In this document: positions 23,793 to 34,589 of the stretch, piece after piece
Layout of the letters: every line of letters begins with the position of its first letter
Position numbering within the stretch: the first letter of the stretch is position 1
Source: Squalus acanthias
Taxonomy: Eukaryota
Length of the DNA: 64,000 nt
Assembly (NCBI GenBank): GCA_030390025.1
Contig: CM059432.1
Span: 36,148,001-36,212,000, forward strand
Reading direction: 5' to 3'
The notes under the pieces: generated by a model
The model's database searches: none
Seen by the model: only the letters and a program-made list of their open reading frames with translations
Told to the model about the DNA's origin: nothing
Made by a program: the position numbers and the translations under genes

Positions 23793-25929
23793 TCAGTGGG
23801 TTGAGATGGATCTGGCTTGGGTAAATTTGAATCAAAGATTGGCAGGCAAAACTGTAATCGAACAATGGGCTGCTTTTAAAGAGGAGATGGTTCGGGTACA
23901 GTCAAGGTACATTCCCACAAGGGGAGAAAGGTATGGCAACCAAAGTCAGAGCTCCCTGGGTGACGAAAGAGATAGTGAGTAAGATGAAGCAGAAAAAGGG
24001 GGCGTATGACAGATGTCAGGTTGAGAATACAAGTGAGAACCAGGCTGACTATAGAAAGTTCAGAGGGAAAGTGAAAAAGGAAATAAGAGGGGCAAAGAGA
24101 GAGTATGAGAATAGATTGGCAGCTAACATAAAAAAGAATCCAAAAGTCTTCTATAGGCATATAAATAGTAAACAGGTAGTAAGAGGGGTGGGGGTGATTA
24201 GGGACCGAAATGGAGAGCTGCGTATGGAGGCAGAGGGCATGGCTGAGGTACTAAATGAGTACTTTGCATCTGTCTTTACCAAGAAAGAAGATGCTGCCAA
24301 AGTTATAGTGAAAGAGGAGGTAGTTGAGATACTGGATGGAATAAAAAATTGATAAAGAGGAGGTACTAGAAAGGCTGGCTGTACTTAAACTAGGTAAGTC
24401 ACCAGGACCGGATGGGATGCACCCTAGGATGCTGAGGGAAGTAAAGGTGGAAATTGTGGTGGTACTGGCCATAATCTTCCAATCCTCCTTAGATACGGGG
24501 CTGGTGCCAGAGGACTAGAGAACTGCAAATGTTACACCCTTGTTCAAAAAAGGGTGTAAGGATAAACCCAGCAACTATAGGCCAGTCAGTTTAACCTCAG
24601 TATTGGGGAAGCTTTTAGAAATGATAATCCAGGACAAAATTAACAGTCACTTGGACAAGTGTGGATTAATTAAGGAAAGCCCGCACAGATTTGTTAAAGG
24701 CAAATCGTGTTTAACTAACTTGATTACGTTTTTTGATGAGGTAACAGAGAGGGTTGATGAGGGCAATGCGATTGATATGGTGTACATGGACTTCCAAAAG
24801 GCGTTTGATAAAGTGCCACATAATAGGCTTGCCAGCAAAGTTGAAGCCCATGGATTAAAAGGGACAGTGGCAGCATGGATACGAAATTGACTAAGTGACA
24901 GGAAACTGAGAGTAGTGGTGAAAGGTTGTTTCTCGGACTGGAGGAAGGTACACAGTGGGGTTCCCCAGGGGTCGGTACTAGGACCACTGCTTTTCTTGAT
25001 ATAGGCACAATTTCAAAATTTACAGATGACACAAAACTTGGAAGTATAGTGAACAGAGAGGAGGAGAGTGATAGACTTCAAGAGGACATAGACAGGCTGG
25101 TGAAATGGGCGGACACATGACAGATAAAATTTAACGCAGTAAAGTGCAAATTGATACATTTTGGTAGGAAGAACAAGGAGAGGCAATATAAACTAAAGGG
25201 TACAATTCTAAAGAGGGTGCATGAACAGAGAGACCTGGGGATATGTGTGCACAAATTGTTGAAGTTGGCAGGGCAGGTTGAGAAAGTGGTTAAAAAAGCA
25301 TACGGGATCCTGGGCTTCATAAATAGAGGCATAGAGTACAAAAGCAAGGAAGTTATGATGAACCTTTATAAAACACTGGTTCGGCCTCAACTGGAGTATT
25401 GTGTCCAATTCTGGGTGTGGCACTTTAGGAAGGATGTGATGGCCTTAGAGAGGGTGCAGAAAAGATTTACTATAATGGTTCCAGGGATGAGGGACTTCAG
25501 TTACATGGATAGACTGGAGAAGCTGGGATTGTTCTCCTTAGAGCAGAGAAGGTTGAGAGGAGATTTGATAGAGGTGTTCAAAATCATGAGGGGTCTAGAC
25601 AGAGAGAAACTTTTCCCATTGGCGGAAGGGTCGAGAACCAGAGGACACAGAATTAAGGTGATTGGCAGAAGAACCAAAGGCGACATGAGGAAAAACTATT
25701 TTACTCAGCGAGTGGTTAGGATCTGGAATGCACTGCCTGAAAGGGTGGTGGATGCAGATTCAATCGTGGCTTTCAAAAGGGAATTGGATAAGTACCTGAA
25801 GGAAAAAAAATTGCAGGGCTACAGAGAAAGGGTGGGTGAGTGGGACTAGCTGAAGTGCTCTTGCAGAGAGCTGGCACAGGCTCGACAGGCTGAATGGCCT
25901 CTTTCTGCGCTGTAACCATTCTATGATTC
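23793..25929 (+). mobile_element. 5'-truncated CR1 of a different subfamily with (ATTCTATG)n tail
   Basis: ORF2 pieces 23933-24352, 24540-24890, 25151-25849; TSD TACATT at 23787-23792 and 25930-25935. Confidence 0.9.
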
Positions 25930-26271
25930 TACATTACACTTGATCCCTTCATCTAAGTCATTAAGATAAATTGTAAAAAACAGGGCCAAGCACTGATCCT
26001 TGTGGCACCCCACTAGTTACAGCCTGCCAACCTGAAAATGACCCGTTTATCCCTACTCTCTGTTTTCTGTCCGTTAACCAATCCTCTATCCATGCTAATA
26101 TATTACCCCAACCCCATGCGCCCTTATCTTGCGTAGCAACCTTTTATGTGGCACCTTATTGAATGCCTTTTGGAAAACCATTGATTCCCCTTTATCTACC
26201 CTGCTAGTTATATCCTCAAAAAACTAATAAATTTGTTAAACACGATTTCCCTTTCCTAAAATCATGTTGAC

Positions 26272-26465
26272 TGTGGTAACACAATACAGCTTCCTGTGAC
26301 TCGAACTTTATTGCATCACTTCCTGTGATTAGTCCAGGATAAATACTGGACTGATCAGTTGGATCCTGGAGAGGCATAGAGTAAGACCTCTTTTGTATGT
26401 AGCACCTTTTTAGTTGATTAAAGCTTACTTTAAGTTCACCACGCGTAAGGCTCATTCTTACGACA
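26272..26465 (+). repeat. 5' LTR (194 bp)
   Basis: TGTGGTAA...TTACGACA (7/8 terminal inverted match); two CTTCCTGTGA repeats; ATTAAA at 26417-26422; identical to 30541-30734. Confidence 0.97.
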
Positions 26466-26466
26466 A

Positions 26467-26477
26467 TTTAATCAACT
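26467..26477 (+). promoter_or_regulatory. Non-tRNA primer-binding site complementary to the element's own LTR (putative self-priming)
   Basis: TTTAATCAACT, 1 nt after the LTR, is the exact reverse complement of AGTTGATTAAA at 26412-26422; no TGG-initiated tRNA complement at this position. Confidence 0.7.
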
Positions 26478-26543
26478 TTGGAAAACTTCGCACTCAAACT
26501 TTTTGGACGAACTCGGAACTAAGGATCCAGGGAATCACCCATC

Positions 26544-29500
26544 ATGGAAAACATCCTTAAACCATCGCGTCTTGACTTGGACCCAAACACCCCAGCAGCC
26601 GGTAAGGTGTGGAAACACTGGTATCGCACGTTTGACAATTTTCTTGAATATTGTAAGGCTGATGATAACTCAAAGTTACGGATACTCATCAACTGTGTCA
26701 CCCCGAATGTATTTCAGTATGTGGAGAAATGGGACAGTTACAAGGAGGCAATTCGGACGCTTAAGAGACTATATACTAAGACACCGAATGAGGTCTATGC
26801 CAGACATCTACTAGCTACAGCCCAACAAGGGCCAGAGGAATCCATTGATAAATTCCTCCAAGAGCTTCGCAGACTTAGTATGGACTGTAACTTTCGGGCG
26901 GCCTCAGCTGAGCTGTACCATGAAGAAATGATCCGTGATGCTTTCATCTGCGGGCTTGCCTCCCCATTTATACGCCAGCGTCTACTGGAAAGTAAGACAC
27001 TTGAGCTTCAGAGAGCTTATGACATGGCTTGCTCTCTAGATCTGGCAAAAAGAAATGCAGACCTTTATACAGTGCCCAGACCTCGGTCTACTGCCTTAAC
27101 TACAGTCAGGCAATTTAAGAGGCCACAGGTGAACTCTATTAGGGAGGTCTTTATCCCTGACGATCAATCTGATGACTTCACTGATGAAGAGGATGATGAC
27201 CCCACTGTGGCAGCCTCTTGGCAATCTAAGAAATGCTTCTTTTGTGGTGATGAGTTCCACCCTCGGAAATTCTGCCCTGCTCGCAATGCGTTTTGCAGTC
27301 ATTGCAACAAAAAGGGTCATTTTGCAAAGGTTTGCCTATCAAGAGCCTCTACGAGGGCTTATCAAGCTAAGTCCTACCGAACTGCCCCGGTAAGGGCCTA
27401 TCAAGATGTTCCGGCTAAAATCTATCGTGCTTCCTCTCGAAGAAACACACCTAGAGTTTCAGCCACTCTTTGTGCAACGACACCAACTGCTTGTCCTCAG
27501 AACCTATTCCATGCAGCTACAAAAGCATCAATTAATGGACATACTTTAGATGCCTTAATTGACTCAGGTAGCACTGATAGTTTCATTAGGGAACAGATTG
27601 TTGCAGAGTTAAAGCTACATGTTTTCCCATCGGACCAGGCAGTTGCGATGGCTCAGTCATCACTTAATACCAGAATTTCTGGCTTTTGTATGGTTGAAAT
27701 AACACTTAATGGCCGCAGGTATCCCTCCACCCGGCTTTCGGTGCTCAAGGACTTATGTAGTGATCTTATCTTAGGGCTGGATTTTCAAAAGCAGCATAAG
27801 AAGCTCACCATTGAGTTCGGCGGATCCAAACCTGAACTCACTATTTCTAATATACTACCTCGATTACCGTTCTGTGCATTGTCAGCAGCTTCACTGGATG
27901 AACCCTCACTGTTTTCCAGTATCCCTCCTCGATGCAAACCGATTATAACAAAGTCACGACGTTTCAGTCAGGAAGACCAGTCTTTTATTGCGGCTGAGAT
28001 TTCTCGGCTTTTAGCAGAGGATATCATCGAGCCTTGTTCGTCGCCATGGCGCGCCCAGGTCGTTTTTGTTAAGAACCCTCTACAACCTCACAAGAAACGG
28101 CTGTGCATTGACTATTCACAGACCATCAATCAATATACGGACTTGGACGCATACCCATTGCCGCGCATCGATGATATGGTTAATAAATTGGCTGAGTACA
28201 CGGTGTTCTCAACATATGATCTAAAAAGTGCCTATCATCAGATACCCTTGAAGGTCTCAGACAAGCAGTATACGGCCTTTGAAGCCAATGGACGGCTGTA
28301 TCAATTTCGTTGCCTCCCCTTTGGGGTCACTAATGGAGTGGCTGTCTTCCAGCGAGCAATGGATGACCTGGTCAAACAGGAAGACTTGAAGGATACGTTT
28401 CCTTATCTGGACAATATTACTGTCGCAGGTCGCAATCAGCGGGAACATGACGCCAATCTCCAACGATTTTGGGACGCACTCCAGCACCGTAATTTGACAT
28501 TAAATGCGGCTAAATCCATTGAGTCACAACCAACCATCAACATCCTTGGCTATTGTGTGGGCAATGGCATCATTAAACCTGACCCTGAAAGGCTTCGCCC
28601 ACTCCAAGAACTCCCGCCACCTAAGAATCCGGCCTCCTTGCGCCGGGCCCTCGGCCTGTTTGCATACTATGCTAAATGGATTCCTAACTTCTCGGACCGA
28701 ATCCAACCTCTACTGAAGGCCAGCACATTCCCACTAGACACAGCGGCTGTTGCAGCCTTTAACCTCCTGAAAAAACAGTTGGAGAAAGCGACTCTTCACT
28801 CCATCGATGAGAGTCTTCCTTTTGTCGTTGAGTGTGATGCCTCGGAGGTGGCGATCTCGGCCACTCTGAATCAGGAAGGTCGTCCGGTGGCATTTTTGTC
28901 CAGGACTTTTCAAGGGGCTGAGCTACATTATCCTCCAGTCGAGAAAGAAGCTACAGCCATCATAGAGGCAGTACGGAAGTGGAGTCATCTCCTAGCTCGC
29001 CAGCACTTTACCTTAATCACGGACCAGCGATCGGTCGCCTTCATGCTCGATAATCGAAAACGGACCAAAATTAAAAATAATAAAATCCAGCTTTGGCGGT
29101 TGGAATTGGCCTCTTTTGGTTACACCATCCACTATCGACCTGGCAAGGAGAATGTGGCTCCGGATACCCTCACACGAGCATTCTGCTCCGCCATGGCACC
29201 CTCTATGCTCGTAGACATCCATGATGGGTTGTGTCATCCGGGCGTTACTCGCATGCTACACTTCGTGCGGTCCCGAAATCTCCCATTCTCTACCGGGGAT
29301 GTAAAGAAGACGTGCTCGGACTGCAGAGTCTGTGCGGAATTGAAACCTCGGTTTTTCCGCCCCTCGGGTGGTATACTCATACATGCGACCCAGCCAATGC
29401 AACGGCTTAGCATCGATTTTAAGGGGCCGTTGCCCTCTTCAACTCGCAACACTTATCTATTGACCATGGTCGATGAGTATTCCCGTTTTCCGTTTGCCTT

Positions 29501-30476
29501 TCCCTGCCCCAATATGCTGACGACCACGGTTATCAGCTGCCTTGAGCAGGTATTTGCTTTCTGTGGCATGGCATCCTATGTTCATTCGGATCGGGGCCCT
29601 TCTTTTATGTCAGGAGAACTCAAGGCCTATCTCTCGGAACGGGGTATTGCTGCCAGCAAAACGACGCCTTATCATCCGGTCGGGAATGGGCAAGTCGAGC
29701 GTTTTAACGCTATCATCTGGAATGCGGTACGTCTGGCTTTGAGATCTCGGGGCTTACCCAACCAGCAATGGGAAGCAGTGCTTCCAGACGCATTACACTC
29801 CACACGGTCCCTCCTTTCGACCGCCACAAATACGACGCCTCATGAACGGTTCTTCCGATTTCAGCGTCGCTCATCCTATGGGATATCTCTCCCGTCGTGG
29901 CTGACTGCACCGGGACCAGTGCTACTCCGAAGATATGTCCGGGCGTCTAAGAATGACCCCCTGGTAGATGAGGTTGAGCTCACTGACGTCAACCCTACCT
30001 ACGACTATATTCGGTATCCTGACGGTCGGGAATCTACCGTGTCATTGCGGGATCTGGCTCCCTGCCCGCCGAAACATAGAGGGACACCAGGGGATGATAT
30101 TGTACCAGGCACATCTCTGGGCTCGCCAGGTGCCTCTCATCACGATCTGGATCTGACGCCGGCTGGTACCTCACTCCAGCGTGCCGACCTGGGGCAGACT
30201 GACTATGAGCCCGTCGGGGCTCACACGCGCAGCCACGATCCACCCTGTACCGTACGCTCGGAAACGGATCTGCCACAGCCCTGCCCGACACCCGTTCGGG
30301 CACCAGTACACAGTCAGGATCGTCCTGACCCCTCACAGAGCGGGCTGGATCGCTCGGACTCTGGTCCACGGCCCGCGGCGGGTAAACGGGCTAGGGGCCC
30401 TCTACCGCTACGAGAACCCAAACGGGTGCGGCTCTCCCTCGTCCAGCGGCTACGAAATGGAGGGAGAATGTGGTAA
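26544..30476 (+). CDS. Single-frame Gag-Pol polyprotein, 1310 aa
   Basis: Two CCHC knuckles (CFFCGDEFHPRKFC, CSHCNKKGHFAKVC), protease LIDSGS, RT (YDLKSAYHQ, LPFG, YLDN), RNase H (CDAS, EKE, TDQ, PDTL), integrase HHCC and DD35E; no stops or frameshifts. Confidence 0.96.
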   Translation: MENILKPSRLDLDPNTPAAGKVWKHWYRTFDNFLEYCKADDNSKLRILINCVTPNVFQYVEKWDSYKEAIRTLKRLYTKTPNEVYARHLLATAQQGPEESIDKFLQELRRLSMDCNFRAASAELYHEEMIRDAFICGLASPFIRQRLLESKTLELQRAYDMACSLDLAKRNADLYTVPRPRSTALTTVRQFKRPQVNSIREVFIPDDQSDDFTDEEDDDPTVAASWQSKKCFFCGDEFHPRKFCPARNAFCSHCNKKGHFAKVCLSRASTRAYQAKSYRTAPVRAYQDVPAKIYRASSRRNTPRVSATLCATTPTACPQNLFHAATKASINGHTLDALIDSGSTDSFIREQIVAELKLHVFPSDQAVAMAQSSLNTRISGFCMVEITLNGRRYPSTRLSVLKDLCSDLILGLDFQKQHKKLTIEFGGSKPELTISNILPRLPFCALSAASLDEPSLFSSIPPRCKPIITKSRRFSQEDQSFIAAEISRLLAEDIIEPCSSPWRAQVVFVKNPLQPHKKRLCIDYSQTINQYTDLDAYPLPRIDDMVNKLAEYTVFSTYDLKSAYHQIPLKVSDKQYTAFEANGRLYQFRCLPFGVTNGVAVFQRAMDDLVKQEDLKDTFPYLDNITVAGRNQREHDANLQRFWDALQHRNLTLNAAKSIESQPTINILGYCVGNGIIKPDPERLRPLQELPPPKNPASLRRALGLFAYYAKWIPNFSDRIQPLLKASTFPLDTAAVAAFNLLKKQLEKATLHSIDESLPFVVECDASEVAISATLNQEGRPVAFLSRTFQGAELHYPPVEKEATAIIEAVRKWSHLLARQHFTLITDQRSVAFMLDNRKRTKIKNNKIQLWRLELASFGYTIHYRPGKENVAPDTLTRAFCSAMAPSMLVDIHDGLCHPGVTRMLHFVRSRNLPFSTGDVKKTCSDCRVCAELKPRFFRPSGGILIHATQPMQRLSIDFKGPLPSSTRNTYLLTMVDEYSRFPFAFPCPNMLTTTVISCLEQVFAFCGMASYVHSDRGPSFMSGELKAYLSERGIAASKTTPYHPVGNGQVERFNAIIWNAVRLALRSRGLPNQQWEAVLPDALHSTRSLLSTATNTTPHERFFRFQRRSSYGISLPSWLTAPGPVLLRRYVRASKNDPLVDEVELTDVNPTYDYIRYPDGRESTVSLRDLAPCPPKHRGTPGDDIVPGTSLGSPGASHHDLDLTPAGTSLQRADLGQTDYEPVGAHTRSHDPPCTVRSETDLPQPCPTPVRAPVHSQDRPDPSQSGLDRSDSGPRPAAGKRARGPLPLREPKRVRLSLVQRLRNGGRMW

Positions 30477-30527
30477 CACAATACAGCTTCCTGTGACTCG
30501 AACTTCATCCCGGCCTCCTAATCTTTT

Positions 30528-30540
30528 GGGGGGGGGAGAA
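30528..30540 (+). promoter_or_regulatory. Polypurine tract
   Basis: GGGGGGGGGAGAA directly before the 3' LTR. Confidence 0.9.
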
Positions 30541-30734
30541 TGTGGTAACACAATACAGCTTCCTGTGACTCGAACTTTATTGCATCACTTCCTGTGATTA
30601 GTCCAGGATAAATACTGGACTGATCAGTTGGATCCTGGAGAGGCATAGAGTAAGACCTCTTTTGTATGTAGCACCTTTTTAGTTGATTAAAGCTTACTTT
30701 AAGTTCACCACGCGTAAGGCTCATTCTTACGACA
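30541..30734 (+). repeat. 3' LTR (194 bp)
   Basis: Identical to the 5' LTR by eye; followed by TSD TTGAC. Confidence 0.97.
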
Positions 30735-31479
30735 TTGACTCTGCCTAATCATATTATGATTTTCTAAATGCCCTGTTACCACACCCTTAATAATGGATTG
30801 CAGCATTTTCCCAACAACTGATGTCAGGCTAACTGGCCTGTATTTCCTTGTTTCCTCTCTCCCTCCTTTATTGAATTAGCGGGGTTACATTTGCTACCTT
30901 CCAATCCACTAGGACCGTTCTCGAATCTAGGGAATTTTGAAAGATCACAACCAATGGATCCATTCTTTCTGCAGCCACCTCTTTTAGAACCCTAGGCTGT
31001 AGGCCATCAGGTCCAGGGGATTTGTCAGCTTTTAGTCCGATTAGTTTCTCAATTACTTTTTCTCTACTGATCTTAATTAATTTAAGTTCCTCACTCTCGT
31101 TAGCCCCTTGGTTCCCCACTATTTTTGGTATGCTTTTTGTGTCTTCTACTGTGAGGACAGATACAAAATATTTGTTTAAAGTCTCTGCCATTTCCTTATT
31201 TCCCATTATAATTTCTCCTGTCTCAGCCTCTAAGGGACCAACGCTTACTTTTGCTACTCTTGTAGAGAGAGACAAGAACGAAAGATTCAATGATGGTTAT
31301 GACTCTACTCAGAGGAAAAGCGGGGTAATATCATTTATTCCTCTGTATACCTGCTGCTTAGACATTGAGTGCGTCAAGACTTGGTCGAACACAATAAACA
31401 ATTTAGTTGCAACCATATTTGGTGTCAGATTCGAATTCTCTTACACCTCCTCCCACCTCAATGTCAAAAAATGACGGCA

Positions 31480-31815
31480 CATATGGTACTGAGCCATAAA
31501 GCACAGGTCACGGGGAGTCTCAGGTTGAATCCCCAGCTGGTACCGAGCTAGCTAATCTCAGCGAGGATGGCAGTGGGGGCTGATAATATTATTCTCAATG
31601 ACTCTGGGTTGGGGAGGGGAAGATTTACTTTGGAACATGAGTGTGCATAGTTTGTCAGGTGAGGACAGGATCGGACTCCGCTGTATGCTTCTGCTGCGAT
31701 CGAATAGCTTTCCAGCACTCATTGCCTAGAGGCTCACAAATGAAGAATGGTCACTAGGGGTAAGGTCGCAGAGGGCGATTCACAGCAACAAGATTCAGCG
31801 CCTTATGGAAAGGAA
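31480..31815 (+). mobile_element. Old unclassified SINE-like repeat (other copies ~16995-17270 -, 20010-20300 +, 33910-34080 +, 46905-47290 -, 56122-56220 +, 61740-62050 +)
   Basis: Shared core CTCA(C/T)TGTCTAG...CACATGAAGAAT(A/G)GCCAC; B-box-like GGTTGAATCCC near the 5' end. Confidence 0.55.
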
Positions 31816-32439
31816 GTGGGTAAGCGGGGGGTGTGGATAGAAGTTGTTCCTCATACTCAAGCACATAAGGAGCTGAGGCTAGTTGATAGTACCCCAGCCT
31901 GACTGCACAGATCAGGAATCAATTCTAAGAACCTTCACCAACTGAGCATTTGGGGGACCGGTTTAAAAAATATAGATTTGCCTTTATATCGCACTTTATT
32001 ATCACGTTTCTGATAAGAGTCTCAAAGTGCTTCGCAAGCATTACATTTGAACTGCTACACCTGTTATTATGCAGCAGGTGCAGCAGCCAATTTGCACACA
32101 GCAAGATACCACAAGTGGCAATGGCCAGTTAATCTGTTTTTGGCAGTGTTGATTGAGGGAGAAATGCTGGCCGGGGCATGGGGAGACCTCTTCAAATAGT
32201 GCCGCAGGATTTTAACACCCACCTGAAATACTGTAATCAGCAGAAGGGGTTTCAGCTTAACATCTCATCCAAAGGATGACACCCCTGACAATGCAGAATT
32301 TACATAGAGGGTTGTTGGAGCATGGAATGCTTTGCATAGGGAGTTTTTGAGGTAGAGACCATTGCATTTTTGGGGAAAAGGAAATAAATATTTGAAGCAG
32401 AGGAAAATACAGGATCATGGGCAGTGGGATTAGTTTCTT

Positions 32440-33645
32440 ATTGGCCCAACTATCTTCAAATATTTTGTCAATGACTTTCCCTCCATCATAAGGTTGGAAG
32501 TAGAGCTGTTCGCTGATTGCACAGTATTCAGCTCCATTCACAATTCCTCAAATAATGTAGCAGTCCATGCCCGCATACAGGAAGGCTGATAAGTGGCAAG
32601 TAACATTCGTGCCACACAAGTGTCAGGCAATGACCATCTCCAAGAAGAGAGAGTCCAACCACATCCCTATGACACTCAATGGCATTACCATTGACAAATC
32701 CCCCACCATCAACATCCTGGGGATCACCATTGACCAGAAACTCAACTGGACCAGCCACATAAATGCCATGACTACCAGAGCATGTCAGAGGCTGGTTATT
32801 CTGTGGTGAGGAGCTCACCTCTGACTCCCCAAATTCTCTCCACCACCTAAAAGGCACAAGTCAGGAGTGTGATGGAATACTCTCCACTTGTCTGGATGGG
32901 TGAAGCTGCAACAACACTCAACATGCTCGACACCAACGAGGAAAAGCAGTCCGCTTGATCGACAGTCTACCCACCATCTTAAACATTAATTCCCTCCACC
33001 ACGGACACCCCGTGGCTGAAGAGTGTACTACCTATAGGATGCACTGCAGCAACTCGTCAAAGCTTTGACAGCACCTCCTAAACCTGCTACCACCTAGAAG
33101 GACAAGGGCAGCAAGTGCATTGGAATGCCATCACCTCCAAGTTTCCTTCCAAGTCACACACCATCCTGACGGATATATTTCGCCGTTCCTTCATCGTCAC
33201 TGGGTCAAAATCCTGGAACTCCCTACCTAACAGCACTATGGGTCACTGGTGTTGAAATGGTTTGTTCTTTGTGGAGTTAACTTTGAGATTTATTATTTTA
33301 AATCTAAAAAGTTGTGTGGAATTGCTTAAGGGTATTTGTACTGTAAACATTATTGATTATTTGTAAAAGTAATCATTGCATTTATGTTAATTATAAGGCT
33401 GTTTTTAAGGCTTTATTTTTTACTGTGATGGATGAATGTAATGGATTTACTATGTAATGGATTTACTATGTAATTGATGAGTTGTACAGGTATTATTGTT
33501 TTTTAAAAAAAAAACAGCACTATGGGAGTACCTTAACCAGCAGTTCAAGAAGGCGGCTCACCACCATTTTTCAAGGGCAAATAGGGATGGGCAATAAATG
33601 CTGGCCTTGTTACCGACACCCATATCCTAAGAATGAATAAAAAAA
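32440..33645 (+). mobile_element. Family B LINE 3' part (decayed RT end and 3' UTR)
   Basis: LFADC (YADD equivalent), WQVTFVPHKCQ, INILGITIDQKLNWTSHI; 3' UTR as at 300-557; interrupted at 33243-33512. Confidence 0.8.
33243..33512 (+). mobile_element. AT-rich poly(A)-tailed retroposed fragment with 14-bp TSD
   Basis: AACAGCACTATGGG at 33229-33242 and 33513-33526; insert ends in an A run; internal 16-bp tandem TGTAATGGATTTACTA. Confidence 0.7.
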
Positions 33646-34589
33646 AGTGGAGGATAAACACCAACATGGGCGGGTTGGGCCAAATGGACTTATTCCATAT
33701 TGCAATTTCTATGTAATTCTCCTGCATGTCCTTGTGGAGCAGGTACAGAGCTGCACTCGCTGAAACCGGGGGACTGCTTTATATTCTACCGTATTGTGGT
33801 AAACAAGAGAGTTGGGGAAGGGCAAAAAATGGGCACAGAATAAAAAAGAAAGTTAAGGCTTGTTGAAAGTGGAAACAAAATATTGGAAAAGAACTGTAAG
33901 GTGTGCCGGCACAGTGAGGACAGGATTGGGCACGGGTGTGATGTTCCTGCAGTCGAATAGCCTTCAGCTACTCATTGCCGAACACATATGAAGAATAGCC
34001 ACCTGAATAATGAGGGTGGCCGTACCTGTAGAATCCATACCCCAGTGAGAGTCAGTGCATACAGGATAAAGGAGAACATTTGTTTCACATCACAAAGAAA
34101 GGGTACGGTAAACCACAGGACTGCACTAATAATACAGAAAACATTGAGTTCAAATCCCACCATAGCAGTTTAAGATTTTGAATTCAATTTAAATAATCTG
34201 GAAATAAAAACATGGTATCAGTATAAGTGACCAATGACCATGAATCTGTCGGGTTGTTGTAAAACCCAACTGGTTCACTAATGTCCTTACCCGCTGTGAC
34301 TTACATGTGACTCCAGTCCCACTGTGGTTGACTCTCATCTGTCCTCCGAAGTGGCCGAGCGAAATACTTAGTTGTATCAAAAACCACTACAAAGAAGAAC
34401 ACCTTCACCGCAGAGGTTCAAGAATGCGACCCATCACCACTTTCTCAGGGCAACTAGGGATGGGCAATAAATACCAGCCTTGCCAGCGATGCCCAATTCC
34501 AGAGAATGGAAAAAAAAGAAAAAGGGGATGAAATTTCTCTTGCATAAATTTCAGCAAAAGCAATCAGCAGGAGCACAAACAGGCACCAT

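Larger units (their letters stand above)
26272..30734 (+). mobile_element. Intact Ty3/Gypsy LTR retrotransposon with Mag-like tandem CCHC gag
   Basis: Two identical 194-bp TG...CA LTRs, 5-bp TSD TTGAC (26267-26271, 30735-30739), PR-RT-RH-IN domain order, PPT. Confidence 0.97.
22893..31262 (-). mobile_element. CR1 LINE split into three pieces (22893-23792, 25930-26271, 30735-31262)
   Basis: ORF2 coding sequence is colinear across two insertions, each with a TSD (TACATT; TTGAC). Confidence 0.88.

Noticed and set aside
30181..30597. Extra 3' ORF that might be env or a chromodomain
   Set aside because: Overlaps the low-complexity pol tail and the duplicated LTR start; no signal peptide, transmembrane segment or chromodomain pattern
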